DNA from: Parcubacteria group bacterium
GTDB lineage: Bacteria > Patescibacteriota > Minisyncoccia > Phycocordibacterales > UBA2135
Reading direction: 5' to 3'
Length of the DNA stretch: 64,000 nucleotides
Assembly: GCA_016204045.1 (NCBI GenBank)
Contig: JACQLQ010000001.1
Coordinates: forward strand, 21,515-85,514
Shown here: one piece after another, positions 19,126 through 28,829 of the stretch
Layout: the number at the start of each line of letters is the position of its first letter
Numbering within the stretch: the stretch's first letter is position 1
The notes under the pieces: generated by a model
What the model was told of the DNA's origin: nothing
Database searches by the model: none
What the model saw: the letters and a program-made list of their open reading frames with translations, nothing else
Position numbers and translations under genes: made by a program

Positions 19126-19626
19126 CTATACAGTTAAGTCGTTCTCGGACTTTATATCTACAGCATTCTGCAACACTCGTTCAAACACGGCCGCGGCAGT
19201 TCCAACAACGATAGCGATGAAGGCAGCGACAATGCCCAACACAACGGCACCCTCGGGGCCATCCTGGGCACCAAGTTCGGGATAAAGGCGTGCGTGTATC
19301 ATGAGGAAAGCATCTGCCGCGACGATTGCACCGGCAGTGATTAGTGCGCAGTATTTGATAATCCGCAAAGCTTTAACCGCGCTTCTCGAGAATGTTTTAT
19401 TTTGCCCTACATATCGAAGCACCTTGAATGCCTCCCAGAGGCCCACGAAAAATGGGATTGATCCTAAATACACATAGGCCAAGAAGGGGTCTTTGAAGTA
19501 AATCTCGAAGAGTGTTGCGTTAACATTCCTGCCCTCAAGGTGGGGTTCCCAAAGCAGAGCGACGAGAACACCGATGCCTAAAGCCACGACGACTACCTGA
19601 AGAAATACTGTTGAGCCTTTTTTCAT
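19126..19626 (-). CDS. DUF2975 membrane protein
   Basis: 4 TMs and C-terminal AVDIKSENDLTV; usual partner of YozG-type HTH. Confidence 0.9.
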   Translation of the reverse strand: MKKGSTVFLQVVVVALGIGVLVALLWEPHLEGRNVNATLFEIYFKDPFLAYVYLGSIPFFVGLWEAFKVLRYVGQNKTFSRSAVKALRIIKYCALITAGAIVAADAFLMIHARLYPELGAQDGPEGAVVLGIVAAFIAIVVGTAAAVFERVLQNAVDIKSENDLTV

Positions 19627-19759
19627 GACTAATTCTTATACATTTTTAATAGTTCCATTGTAATTTACCGCTTATCGTATGTCAATATATATTTATCGTT
19701 ATTTGTAACTTGGTGTGAGTGGGCGACTCAAGATTACAAAAATTTGCTACAATAATCCC

Positions 19760-20140
19760 ATGTCTAAAAAAACAACCTTAATTATTTTCTCTGTAGTTGG
19801 ACTTGTCGTCATTGGCTCATTGTATTTCGGAGTCTCTGCGTACAAGACGCCAGGCAAGCTTGATGCGTTTGCGATGTGTCTCGAAGAAAAGGGGGCTATG
19901 TTTTACGGCGCGTTCTGGTGCCCGCACTGTCAGAACCAAAAGGCAATGTTCGGCAAATCGGCCAAACTCCTCCCCTACACAGAGTGTTCTACTCCAGACG
20001 GACGGAGCCAGACCGCTCTTTGCAAGGAGCGCGGCATAGTCTCATACCCGACATGGGTGTTTGCTGACGAGAGCCGAGAATCTGGTGAGGTGTCGTTGCA
20101 AAAGCTCTCCGAAAAAACGCTCTGCGCACTACCCCAGTAA
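19760..20140 (+). CDS. membrane-anchored thioredoxin-like oxidoreductase
   Basis: TM then FYGAFWCPHCQ and YPTW cis-Pro loop. Confidence 0.85.
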   Translation: MSKKTTLIIFSVVGLVVIGSLYFGVSAYKTPGKLDAFAMCLEEKGAMFYGAFWCPHCQNQKAMFGKSAKLLPYTECSTPDGRSQTALCKERGIVSYPTWVFADESRESGEVSLQKLSEKTLCALPQ

Positions 20141-20143
20141 ACC

Positions 20144-20695
20144 ATGGACTTTTCCTCACTCTTTAACCAAGCGATGGCGCTTTCTACCATGGGAGCGCAC
20201 GTTGGTATTGTGGCGATCGTACTCGCGGCAACACTCTTCCGCGAACAGTCGCGACCACTCCTCTCGTGGCTCGGCAAACACGCCTTGTGGCTTATTCTCT
20301 TTGTCACACTAGGCAGCGTTGTCGGGAGTCTCATCTACTCCGAAGTCGTTGGGTACCCGGCCTGCTCTCTGTGTTGGTGGGGAAGAATCTTCCTCTACCC
20401 ACAACTGGTCATTGTCGGGGTGGCGCTCTGGAAGAAGCGTCACGACGTGGACGTGTACCTCTGGCCGCTCACTGTGCTCGGCGCCATCGTGGCCCTCTAC
20501 AATGTGTACATTCAGTATGGCGGCAAGGAGTTCTTCGCTTGTGCAAGCACTGAGGTCTCGTGCGCCCAGCGTTTTGTCTTCGAATTTGGCTACATTACTA
20601 TTCCCATGATGGCGCTCACTTCTTTCGCCCTCATCGCTCTATTGTTGTGGCTTCAGAAGGATGGGGGGGAATCAGAACACAACGCACATCACTAA
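20144..20695 (+). CDS. disulfide bond formation protein (DsbB/BdbC family)
   Basis: GSLIYSE, CSLCW, second Cys pair, FGYITIPMM. Confidence 0.9.
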   Translation: MDFSSLFNQAMALSTMGAHVGIVAIVLAATLFREQSRPLLSWLGKHALWLILFVTLGSVVGSLIYSEVVGYPACSLCWWGRIFLYPQLVIVGVALWKKRHDVDVYLWPLTVLGAIVALYNVYIQYGGKEFFACASTEVSCAQRFVFEFGYITIPMMALTSFALIALLLWLQKDGGESEHNAHH

Positions 20696-20761
20696 AAAAG
20701 ACACCGTGGGTGTCTTGCTGTCGTAGGTATCCTCAAAAAACGAAAGGGTGCAATTACTGTG

Positions 20762-20983
20762 TTATCTCTTTTTTCCTGCCAAGGAGATACTTGGGCCACC
20801 AACTAGCTTTGGTAACGAACGATTCTTTATCGCCAAATACATAGCATAGACCATTGCTAGGTCTGAAAAAAGCACGAGGACAAGGACCACCATACCAAGC
20901 TGTGCCGACACCGCACTCCAAATGCCCCAGATGATAATCGGCGATACAAGCAGTAGGAACACCATAGATGCGACCTCGAACAT
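20762..20983 (-). CDS. small 2-TM hypothetical protein
   Basis: hydrophobic 73-aa ORF filling an intergenic gap. Confidence 0.4.
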   Translation of the reverse strand: MFEVASMVFLLLVSPIIIWGIWSAVSAQLGMVVLVLVLFSDLAMVYAMYLAIKNRSLPKLVGGPSISLAGKKR

Positions 20984-21078
20984 GGGCGTCTTTCCTGTCC
21001 AACCCTAGACTGCCGACAGTTTAACAAAAAAGTAAAGTGTAGTAAAATATAAAGACTACCAACCTCGTCTCACTTATC

Positions 21079-21492
21079 ATGCACACATACAAAGGATTCA
21101 CTATATTAGAGCTTCTGGTCGTTCTCGCGGTTATTGGTATGCTTATGTCAGTGGTTATCGTCTCAATGAGCGGCGTCAAAGAAAAGGGACGCGACGCGAC
21201 GCGCATGCAACACCTGCAGGAAGTACAAAACGCGCTTAACCTCTACTACACCAACCACTCGAAGTTCCCTGTTTTCGCAAGCGCGACCACAATTACGGGC
21301 GACGACGCGTTCTCTGTTGTGCTCGAGGGTGAGCTGGTCATTAGCGAGGTGCCACCAGACCCACAACACCCCGTCCGCACGTACACGTATCAGTCAAACG
21401 CATCTGGGTCAGATTACACACTCACCTTCTGTCTTGAAACAAATTCAATTAAGGGATACAGCATGGGGTGTGCAAACACCAAGAAACCGTAA
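21079..21492 (+). CDS. type IV pilin / GspG-like prepilin
   Basis: KGFTILELLVV class III signal peptide, C-terminal Cys pair. Confidence 0.92.
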   Translation: MHTYKGFTILELLVVLAVIGMLMSVVIVSMSGVKEKGRDATRMQHLQEVQNALNLYYTNHSKFPVFASATTITGDDAFSVVLEGELVISEVPPDPQHPVRTYTYQSNASGSDYTLTFCLETNSIKGYSMGCANTKKP

Positions 21493-21525
21493 GAGAAATT
21501 TCTAAGTCTTAATTGCTACTATCTA

Positions 21526-22023
21526 ATGGGTACTCCTCAAGCACAAAAAGGCACTGACGCGGGGCCCGTGCTTTCATGGACCGCGGACGAATACCCCCAC
21601 CGTGAACAAGGTATTGAGTGGTACGGGATACTCGCCCTCATTTTCATCTCGCTCATTGGCGGGACAATCTTCTTTGGTAACTACCTTCTCGCGGCGCTCA
21701 TCGCTGTAGCGGCGTTTGCGTTATTCGTTCAATCGTTTCGGGCGCCGCAGAAAATACGTTTAGAGATTTCTTCAGAGGGTATTTCTCTAGACAAAGAGTT
21801 GTTCCCCTACGAAACACTTGTGTCCTTCTGGATTGCAAAGGGAAACGGGGAAAACCCAAAACTCATTGTCGACGCGAGGCGGCTCTTCTTGCCCCATTTG
21901 GTTATCCCTCTGGGAACCACAGACGCAGAGGAGGTTCGCGAGTTTCTAAGCGAGTATCTCGAAGAGTCTGACGAGGAACACGAGCCCATATCTCACGCAA
22001 TTATGGAAAAGCTGGGGTTTTAG
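21526..22023 (+). CDS. hypothetical membrane protein (2 TM + PH-like domain)
   Basis: clean 165-aa ORF with TM pair. Confidence 0.7.
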   Translation: MGTPQAQKGTDAGPVLSWTADEYPHREQGIEWYGILALIFISLIGGTIFFGNYLLAALIAVAAFALFVQSFRAPQKIRLEISSEGISLDKELFPYETLVSFWIAKGNGENPKLIVDARRLFLPHLVIPLGTTDAEEVREFLSEYLEESDEEHEPISHAIMEKLGF

Positions 22024-22034
22024 TTGATTCTGGC

Positions 22035-22592
22035 TCAACACGATAATACATAGAGCGTCACCGGAAAAATCCTCATCCACTTTTTAGATTCCACATTCTG
22101 GAAACTCATCAACTGAAAGAGGTCTCTCCACCCACTTTCACTTCGATAGAAAAACGTACTTGGTACACCGTGCGGACTATTGGCGATAACATCCCAGATT
22201 GCATTCAGCCACCACCAGAATGCATTTGGTGGAGTTACCTCGACAATGAGAACTTGTTTTTTTGTGACGCGACGCACTTCTCTCAAGAGCACCTCTTGAT
22301 CTTTGAATGTTTTTAAATGATGAAGGACGAGCACCAAGAGTGTCGTATCGAAATGCTTATCGGGAAATGGAATTGTATTGCCATCAAAAAGTTGTAGTGG
22401 TAGTGGCACCGTGTGATAGTCGGTAACATCGAGGAGGGTAAACGAAGCACCCGTTATTTTTTGAAGTTCGTACGCGAGCATCCCTGACCCAGCGCCGATA
22501 TCAGCAGCTGTCTCGCCTTGGTGAAAATAGGGGGAAAGTTTCTTTGCATCATTCCTCCTTGGTCTGAGGTTGGGTAAAAGATGCTGGAACAT
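22035..22592 (-). CDS. class I SAM-dependent methyltransferase
   Basis: DIGAGSG, PFPDKHFD, VLHH, LREVRRV. Confidence 0.88.
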   Translation of the reverse strand: MFQHLLPNLRPRRNDAKKLSPYFHQGETAADIGAGSGMLAYELQKITGASFTLLDVTDYHTVPLPLQLFDGNTIPFPDKHFDTTLLVLVLHHLKTFKDQEVLLREVRRVTKKQVLIVEVTPPNAFWWWLNAIWDVIANSPHGVPSTFFYRSESGWRDLFQLMSFQNVESKKWMRIFPVTLYVLSC

Positions 22593-22693
22593 ATTGGTCC
22601 GATGCTAATCCTTAAAAGTATACAGGAGAGGGGTTGTGTCGTGTAGGTGGGCGTGCTACTGTTTCCCCAGATTACCGCCGGAACGAGGCAACC

Positions 22694-22966
22694 ATGTCAC
22701 AAAAGACGCAGGGTTATGTGCAAGCATTTTTTGATATTGAACGCATGTTTTTCAAGCGCGCGTTCAAGGTGAAACCCATTTTCGGTTATGGAGTCCTCGT
22801 GATAATGTTCGCGCAAATGTTTCTTATGTACCCCTCCAATCCCCTTACGCCCTTGTGGAGTGCTTCATGGTGGATGATTTCTCTCGTAACGGTGTTCCTT
22901 TGGTTTGTGCTCTTGCCAGCCGCAATGTATCGCCTGAACCCAAAGCTTTTTGAGGAAATGTTATAA
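22694..22966 (+). CDS. small 2-TM hypothetical protein
   Basis: GAGG SD, 90-aa ORF, downstream terminator at ~22991-23012. Confidence 0.6.
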   Translation: MSQKTQGYVQAFFDIERMFFKRAFKVKPIFGYGVLVIMFAQMFLMYPSNPLTPLWSASWWMISLVTVFLWFVLLPAAMYRLNPKLFEEML

Positions 22967-23095
22967 ACCAATTGAAAAAGGTACGCATATGCCGGACTAC
23001 TCCGGCTTTTTTAGTGTTTAAACTTGCAGCGTCATACTAAAAAACCGCCCGATGAGATTCGTGCGGAATACATGACCTTACCCTGGAGGGTTATA

Positions 23096-23683
23096 CTACA
23101 AGCGTGCGTCGGCAAATTTCTTCAGGCGAAAAAATAACTCGGCCTGTGCTGCGGCATCGTCAACTGGGTCGTGCGAATGCGGAGTGTTGGGGACTCCTAG
23201 CGCCTTGCACACATTTGTCCTCGACACTTCTCCAAACGTCGCGGCTTTCATGACAGCCATGGCGTACGTCTTGATGTCGATACCATCGTGGCCAAACGGA
23301 GGATCACCAACGAATGCTACGTAGTACCAGTATAGAAATGTGAAATCGATTGGTAGAGGCCACCCTAGAAGCTTTGGTGGGCCAGGTAATGTGTCGAGCC
23401 AATTGGCGAATTGGAGCATCCCATCTTTTGGTGAAACAGCGTCTGTCGTTAGCGCCTTCCACATATCGGGAAACTTGCTCCACCACTCCATCGTCACCTC
23501 TTCTCGGCTAGCGCCGGGGAGTTCTTCCAAGTGGACCTTGAACCGCGAGATCTCGTCACCCGCGTGCGTGTAGGCAACGGCGCCAAGCGCAATCATGGAA
23601 TGGGGTCCCGGGATACGTCCCGTGAATTCTCCGTCGACACTCACGAGAACTTCGGGTGTCTTAGCCCTCTTGGCCATGGTCAT
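23096..23683 (-). CDS. DEDDh 3'-5' exo(ribo)nuclease (Rv2179c/RNase AS-like)
   Basis: VDGEFTG (DxE), IDFTF, HDPVDDA motifs. Confidence 0.8.
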   Translation of the reverse strand: MTMAKRAKTPEVLVSVDGEFTGRIPGPHSMIALGAVAYTHAGDEISRFKVHLEELPGASREEVTMEWWSKFPDMWKALTTDAVSPKDGMLQFANWLDTLPGPPKLLGWPLPIDFTFLYWYYVAFVGDPPFGHDGIDIKTYAMAVMKAATFGEVSRTNVCKALGVPNTPHSHDPVDDAAAQAELFFRLKKFADARL

Positions 23684-23760
23684 GCCCACAACATCACTGT
23701 CTGATGAGAATGATGCCAGGAATGCTGTGGCTTCACAAGCGTTTGCTTTAGACTCTGTAT

Positions 23761-23835
23761 TGGTGCCCTCGAGAGGAATCGAACCTCTATCACGGGATCC
23801 GCAATCCCGTGTCCTATCCGTTGAACGACGAGGGC
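23761..23835 (-). tRNA. tRNA-Arg(GCG), CCA encoded
   Basis: GCCCTCG/CGAGGGC acceptor, CGGGA-TT GCG GA-TCCCG anticodon arm. Confidence 0.93.
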
Positions 23836-23924
23836 AATGTAAAAACACTATACCACGAATGCGGCACTTTGCCATTTATGCTCTGTTTGCTACTATCCGC
23901 GATAGAACAAGGGGTGTATACATC

Positions 23925-24536
23925 GTGGCACTCATCATCGGACTCGTCGGGAAGCCCAAGCGCGGCAAGGGTACATGCACAAAGATAATTACGGGAATAC
24001 TCAAAGAATACGATGTGGGGATACGGGCAAGAACACTCACATTCTCTGCTGACCTCTTGGCTCCAGAGCTCGTAAGACGTGCTCTGCCGCTCTCCAGAGA
24101 AAACATGCAGAGACTTGCGCAAGAGTGGGTGACAACCGAAGGCGCGGGGGCTTTGAGTCGGCGGATGAAAATCCTCATCGAAAGTGAGAGTCTGGCCGGG
24201 GTTCATGTCATCTTTGTCGACGGAGTGCGTTGGTTTTCAGACAGAGACTTGATTCGCTCGTTTCCTCTCAACTTCCTTTTGTATGTGTACTGCTCTCCGG
24301 AAGCGGCATATAAACGTTCGAAAGAGCAAAACGATAAGGCGGGAGATCAGACGATGTCCTTCGAAGAATTTATGCGCCTCGATGGAGCATTGAACGAGCG
24401 CTCCATTTCCGAAATTGGACGAGGTGCAGATTTTGTCATCGACAACGAAGTTGGTGATAGAGAAGGAGAGCTCCTCCGAGCAAAAATCGAGCACAATGTT
24501 ATCCCCAAAGTTCTTGCGCGACTGGGCATCTCCTAA
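23925..24536 (+). CDS. P-loop nucleotide kinase (dephospho-CoA/dNMP kinase-like)
   Basis: IIGLVGKPKRGKGT Walker A, VDGVR, ADFVIDNE; GTG start after AAGGGG. Confidence 0.75.
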   Translation: MALIIGLVGKPKRGKGTCTKIITGILKEYDVGIRARTLTFSADLLAPELVRRALPLSRENMQRLAQEWVTTEGAGALSRRMKILIESESLAGVHVIFVDGVRWFSDRDLIRSFPLNFLLYVYCSPEAAYKRSKEQNDKAGDQTMSFEEFMRLDGALNERSISEIGRGADFVIDNEVGDREGELLRAKIEHNVIPKVLARLGIS

Positions 24537-24613
24537 ACGCAAAACCCCAATCGCTTTCCGCCAACTGGCGGAGCGACTGGGGTTTTTAATTCACACAAAG
24601 ACGCGACGAGGGG

Positions 24614-24877
24614 TTATTGTATCTTTTTCACTAAAGCGACGAGGCGCGACTTCTTCCGTGCGGCGTTATTTTTCTTGATAACTCCGCGCTTTGCTGCCTT
24701 GTCTATGGCTTTGTAGGCTTCGGACAAAAGCTTCTTGGCTTCTGGCGCATTTTTAGCCTCTGCGGCCTTGCGAATACTCTTCAAAACATCCTTCATCGCT
24801 CGGCGACGACGGTCGTTAAAGACACGTTTCCTCTCTGAAACTCGAACGGCCTTTTTGGCTCCACGTGTAATTGGCAT
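24614..24877 (-). CDS. rpsT: 30S ribosomal protein S20
   Basis: AKKAVR, IDKAAKRGVIKKNNAARKKSRL. Confidence 0.96.
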   Translation of the reverse strand: MPITRGAKKAVRVSERKRVFNDRRRRAMKDVLKSIRKAAEAKNAPEAKKLLSEAYKAIDKAAKRGVIKKNNAARKKSRLVALVKKIQ

Positions 24878-25032
24878 GTTTCGCAGTATAAAGCATCGGG
24901 GCGAATGTATCAAGTCTCCCGACATTTTGGGGTGCGTTGGGCGGCTTTCAGGGACGTAACGATTGTCTCCAATGGTTGACAAAAATGGTTTTATGTTTAC
25001 TCTTTCATAAGACACCAGGGTTGTGGATTTGA

Positions 25033-25650
25033 GTGGCGATGACGCTTACGGGACCCGATCAGCGCACGGTGCAAATATACAACAGAGACGCCCTCGCAGG
25101 CAGAATGCATGACCCAGTTTGGGCAGACCCGTTCAGCCGTGGCGCCTTTGGCTCCCTCCCACAGAACCACCTTGTCGTTGATGTGGGGTGCGGATACGGA
25201 AGGATGGTCGACATTCTCGACGACCTCGGTATTGAGAGATATCTCGGTGTTGACCCCGCAGAAGAACAGATCAATCTGGCTCGGCGGCTTCATGCCGACT
25301 CTCCTCTTCGCACATTCGAGGTGGGCAACATATACGAGCTTGGAGAAAAGTACCCAGGACGATTTGACGGCTTCATGCTTATGGCTGTGCTCATGCACAT
25401 TCCCGCCCCAAGACTCGAAGAGGCTTTTCGTTCGTTGCGCAAAGCACTCAAAGTACCAGGAACAGGAATGTTCTCAACACCTTTTAGCACAGACCGAGAG
25501 GAAGGAGAGGTGGTTGAGGTTGAGCCGGGCTTCTTCCTCACCCTGCACAACCCGGACACCATTAGGGACATCTTGCTCCGCTCTGGTTTTTCTACTGGGC
25601 ATCCTTTGCGCTCGGGAAATATGCTCCTCGGCTCCATAGAGACCTGCTAA
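25033..25650 (+). CDS. class I SAM-dependent methyltransferase
   Basis: VDVGCGYGR, GVD, FDG..AVLMH. Confidence 0.85.
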   Translation: MAMTLTGPDQRTVQIYNRDALAGRMHDPVWADPFSRGAFGSLPQNHLVVDVGCGYGRMVDILDDLGIERYLGVDPAEEQINLARRLHADSPLRTFEVGNIYELGEKYPGRFDGFMLMAVLMHIPAPRLEEAFRSLRKALKVPGTGMFSTPFSTDREEGEVVEVEPGFFLTLHNPDTIRDILLRSGFSTGHPLRSGNMLLGSIETC

Positions 25651-25727
25651 ATTCGACGTCGCACATTGCTCTGTGTGGCGTTTTTTGTTGCGTAAACAAG
25701 CTATCTTCACTGTGCTAATATTAATGC

Positions 25728-26300
25728 ATGATTATTCGTCTTGCAGGCATGATATACGCCAAGGGGCATAACTACGCCGTCATTGAAGCCAATGATATTG
25801 GATACAAGGTGCACGTAACGCCCGAGATGCTTTCGAGAATGGCGGAGCGCGAACGCGCAACACTCTGGACACATCAGGTGGTCCGCGAAGACTCGACGGA
25901 ACTGTTCGGATTCGAGACACGCCCGGAGCTCGAGTTTTTTGAAATGCTGATTGGTATTTCGGGCATTGGTCCTCGTTCCGCCATTGCCATCCTCTCCCTC
26001 GCTCCCGTTACGACGCTCAAGCGCGCCATTGCTGGAGAAGACACCACGTATCTGACAAAAGTCTCTGGAATTGGTAAGAAAACCGCCGCAAAGATAGTTT
26101 TGGAGCTCAAAGAAAAGATTGTCCTTGAGGATGGAGAAGAGGTGGGGAACACCCGTAGCGAGGAAGGAGAGGTTCTCGAAGCTTTGGTCTCCCTCGGATA
26201 CCAATTGCGAGACGCGAGAGAGGCACTAAAAAAGGTTGGCTCGGAAACACTTGGGACAAACGAGAAGATTAAAGAAGCGCTCAAGGTTCTGACGCACTAG
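25728..26300 (+). CDS. ruvA: Holliday junction branch migration protein RuvA
   Basis: VRED..LFGF, ISGIGPR, VSGIGKKTA, ALVSLGY. Confidence 0.96.
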   Translation: MIIRLAGMIYAKGHNYAVIEANDIGYKVHVTPEMLSRMAERERATLWTHQVVREDSTELFGFETRPELEFFEMLIGISGIGPRSAIAILSLAPVTTLKRAIAGEDTTYLTKVSGIGKKTAAKIVLELKEKIVLEDGEEVGNTRSEEGEVLEALVSLGYQLRDAREALKKVGSETLGTNEKIKEALKVLTH

Positions 26301-26307
26301 GGCACGT

Positions 26308-27615
26308 ATGGACACGATTCTCTTTCAATTAAAAAAACTTATACCACAAAAGCTGTTTTCCATATTACAGCCCATCTATCACTATGCGCTTGCGCTCTTC
26401 GGGGCGCTTGTATACCGTTTCCCTTCACGAAAAATAATTGTCGTGGGTGTCACTGGCACCAAGGGTAAGACGAGTGTCATTGAGCTTACCAACGCACTCC
26501 TTGAACACGCGGGGTACAAGACTGCCCTTCTTAACACCGTGCGTTACAAGATTGATGACGAGTCATACGACAACAAATTCAAAATGACGATGCCTGGTCG
26601 CCTGTTCGTCCAATCACTTTTGCGCAAGGCAGTACAAAAAAAGTGCCAGTATGCGCTCATCGAAATGACCTCCGAGGGTGCGCGACAATATCGCCACAAG
26701 TTCATAGCTATGGATGCCCTCATCTTCACGAACCTTGCGCCGGAACACATCGAGTCGCATGGCTCGTACGAAAAGTATCGCGAAGCAAAGTTGAGCATTG
26801 CCAAAGCGCTTGCGGCATCCAAAAAGGCGCGCACGATTATGGTCGCCAACAAAGACGATAACGAGGGTGGGCGCTTTCTTAACGTCTCTGTAAAAGAAAA
26901 GTACCCCTACGCACTCCCGGATGCCGAGCCGTACGAGATTTCGCAAGATGAAATGTGGTTTACGTTTGGAGGTGCGCGCATTCAAACGCGCCTGCGGGGA
27001 CGTTTTAATCTCTACAACATTCTCGCCGCACTTACATTCGCCAAAAGCCAAAATGTGAGTACTGAAGTGATGAAGCGCGCGATTGAATCGTTTAACGGAA
27101 TCCCCGGGCGCATGGAGTCCATTACCCTTCCCTCAACAAGCCCTCTACGGAGTAAGCAGGACTTCGTGGTTGTTGTGGACTACGCGCATACTCCCGACTC
27201 GCTCGCTAAGGTCTATGATGTCTTCCAGCACTCAAGAAAAATCTGTGTTTTGGGCGCAACGGGGGGCGGAAGAGACCGATGGAAAAGGAAGGAGATGGGG
27301 CGCATAGCAGGCGATCAGTGCACGCACGTAATCCTGACAAACGAAGACCCGTACGACGAAAACCCGCGCGACATTGTTGAGGATGTCGCGAGCGGCATGA
27401 CCCAGCCAATTTATCGCATTATCATGGACCGTCGAGAGGCAATTAGGGAGGCCCTCAAAGAAGCCGAGACGAGCGACACGGTCATCATCACCGGGAAGGG
27501 CACAGACCCCTACATTATGGGACCCAATAATACAAAGCTCCCGTGGAGCGATGCTCGCGTGGCGCGAGAAGAATTAGAGCGCGTGTTACAATCAAGAGTA
27601 TCAGTAAAACAATGA
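26308..27615 (+). CDS. murE: UDP-MurNAc-tripeptide ligase MurE
   Basis: GVTGTKGKTS, PGRME, DYAHTPD, GKG; NEDPY in place of the DAP-specific DNPR. Confidence 0.9.
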   Translation: MDTILFQLKKLIPQKLFSILQPIYHYALALFGALVYRFPSRKIIVVGVTGTKGKTSVIELTNALLEHAGYKTALLNTVRYKIDDESYDNKFKMTMPGRLFVQSLLRKAVQKKCQYALIEMTSEGARQYRHKFIAMDALIFTNLAPEHIESHGSYEKYREAKLSIAKALAASKKARTIMVANKDDNEGGRFLNVSVKEKYPYALPDAEPYEISQDEMWFTFGGARIQTRLRGRFNLYNILAALTFAKSQNVSTEVMKRAIESFNGIPGRMESITLPSTSPLRSKQDFVVVVDYAHTPDSLAKVYDVFQHSRKICVLGATGGGRDRWKRKEMGRIAGDQCTHVILTNEDPYDENPRDIVEDVASGMTQPIYRIIMDRREAIREALKEAETSDTVIITGKGTDPYIMGPNNTKLPWSDARVAREELERVLQSRVSVKQ

Positions 27616-27642
27616 GCGTAGCGATTATGTTTTACTAGACCA

Positions 27643-27752
27643 GAGCACATACAATCATGCATCATGTATACTTGATTAAGAATCAGCGTTGGCAAACTGT
27701 TCGTAGACTAAAAGAAAAGCTCCGACGCAGTCCTGCATGATTGTATGTGCTC
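27643..27752. mobile_element. MITE-like element with perfect 19-bp inverted repeats enclosing a GIY-YIG-like remnant
   Basis: GAGCACATACAATCATGCA (27643-27661) / TGCATGATTGTATGTGCTC (27734-27752). Confidence 0.55.
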
Positions 27753-27795
27753 GGTGCACAAATTTTTTACTCGTTAATACTCGTTAAAATTTGGC

Positions 27796-28764
27796 ATGGA
27801 AGTCTTACGTTGGGCACTTGTTGGTTTGGGGATTATCTTTGCAGTCTGGTATTTTGGTGGTGGGCAGGGACGCAGCTCTAGCTTTAGCGGACCTTTCTTA
27901 AACCCACCCGCTCCGATTAGTACCGGGGATGCATATGGACCCAGTGGGAGTGATTTCTTCTATTCCGGAAATACAAATACTGGAAACACTGGTTCACAAA
28001 CTCAAGAAAAGCCGCCGTACATACAAGAGGTTATAAAGATACTTCGCGAAAAGGGAGAAACGGAAGAGACTATCAATGGCGCAACGAAAACCTCTATTTT
28101 TGGGGACAGGGTTTCTTTCGAGAATGCATATAACACGCGTGAGACCGACCCGCAAAAAGAGTACATTTTAATTCGTGCCTCGTATCAAAACGCGGAACCC
28201 ATCATCATCACTGGTTGGCAAATAAAAAGCCTTCTCACTGGAAACTCGGTAGTTATTGGATCTGGAACCTATTTGCCCGATCAATACACCATTACCACAG
28301 CGCAAGCAATCGCGCTTTCTCCGGGGGGGGCCGCGGCGCTTGTCACTGGTCGCTCCCCTCTTGGCGCCTCATTCCGCAGTAATATCTGCACCGGCTATTA
28401 CGAATACCTCCAAGATTTTGTACCCCCACTCCCAATCGAATGCCCATTGCCGGAGGATGATTTCCAATATGCAGGAACGACAAGTGATGGGCAGTGTCTT
28501 GATTACCTCGAGTCATTGAACCAATGCCAGCCGCACTTACAAGCGATTCCCCTCTCGCTCACCAATAACGCGCGGTGTCAGGAGTTCATTTCACAATATG
28601 TGAATTACAGCGGGTGTGTTTCCCTTCATAAAAACGAGCCTGGATTCTACAAGAACGGGTGGCGCATCTACTTCAGCCGTGGCCAGGAGTTGTGGCGAGA
28701 TAAGCGCGAAGTGCTCGTGCTCTACGATCGAGAGGGTAGAATAGTGGACTCAATTACTCCATAG
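27796..28764 (+). CDS. secreted/membrane-anchored Cys-rich hypothetical protein
   Basis: N-terminal TM, EYILIRA..ITGW (lamin-tail-like), several Cys. Confidence 0.75.
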   Translation: MEVLRWALVGLGIIFAVWYFGGGQGRSSSFSGPFLNPPAPISTGDAYGPSGSDFFYSGNTNTGNTGSQTQEKPPYIQEVIKILREKGETEETINGATKTSIFGDRVSFENAYNTRETDPQKEYILIRASYQNAEPIIITGWQIKSLLTGNSVVIGSGTYLPDQYTITTAQAIALSPGGAAALVTGRSPLGASFRSNICTGYYEYLQDFVPPLPIECPLPEDDFQYAGTTSDGQCLDYLESLNQCQPHLQAIPLSLTNNARCQEFISQYVNYSGCVSLHKNEPGFYKNGWRIYFSRGQELWRDKREVLVLYDREGRIVDSITP

Positions 28765-28790
28765 GCCATTCCATCGCAGGCAAAACGACC

Positions 28791-28822
28791 AATCAAAACC
28801 TCTCGAAGGAGAGGTTTTGATT
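28791..28822. terminator. bidirectional terminator
   Basis: AATCAAAACCTCTC-gaag-GAGAGGTTTTGATT between convergent genes. Confidence 0.7.
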
Positions 28823-28829
28823 TAAAAAT

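Noticed and set aside
18895-19626. HTH + membrane protein as toxin-antitoxin or defence system
   Set aside because: Matches the common DUF2975 + YozG-type regulator pair; no toxin motif seen.
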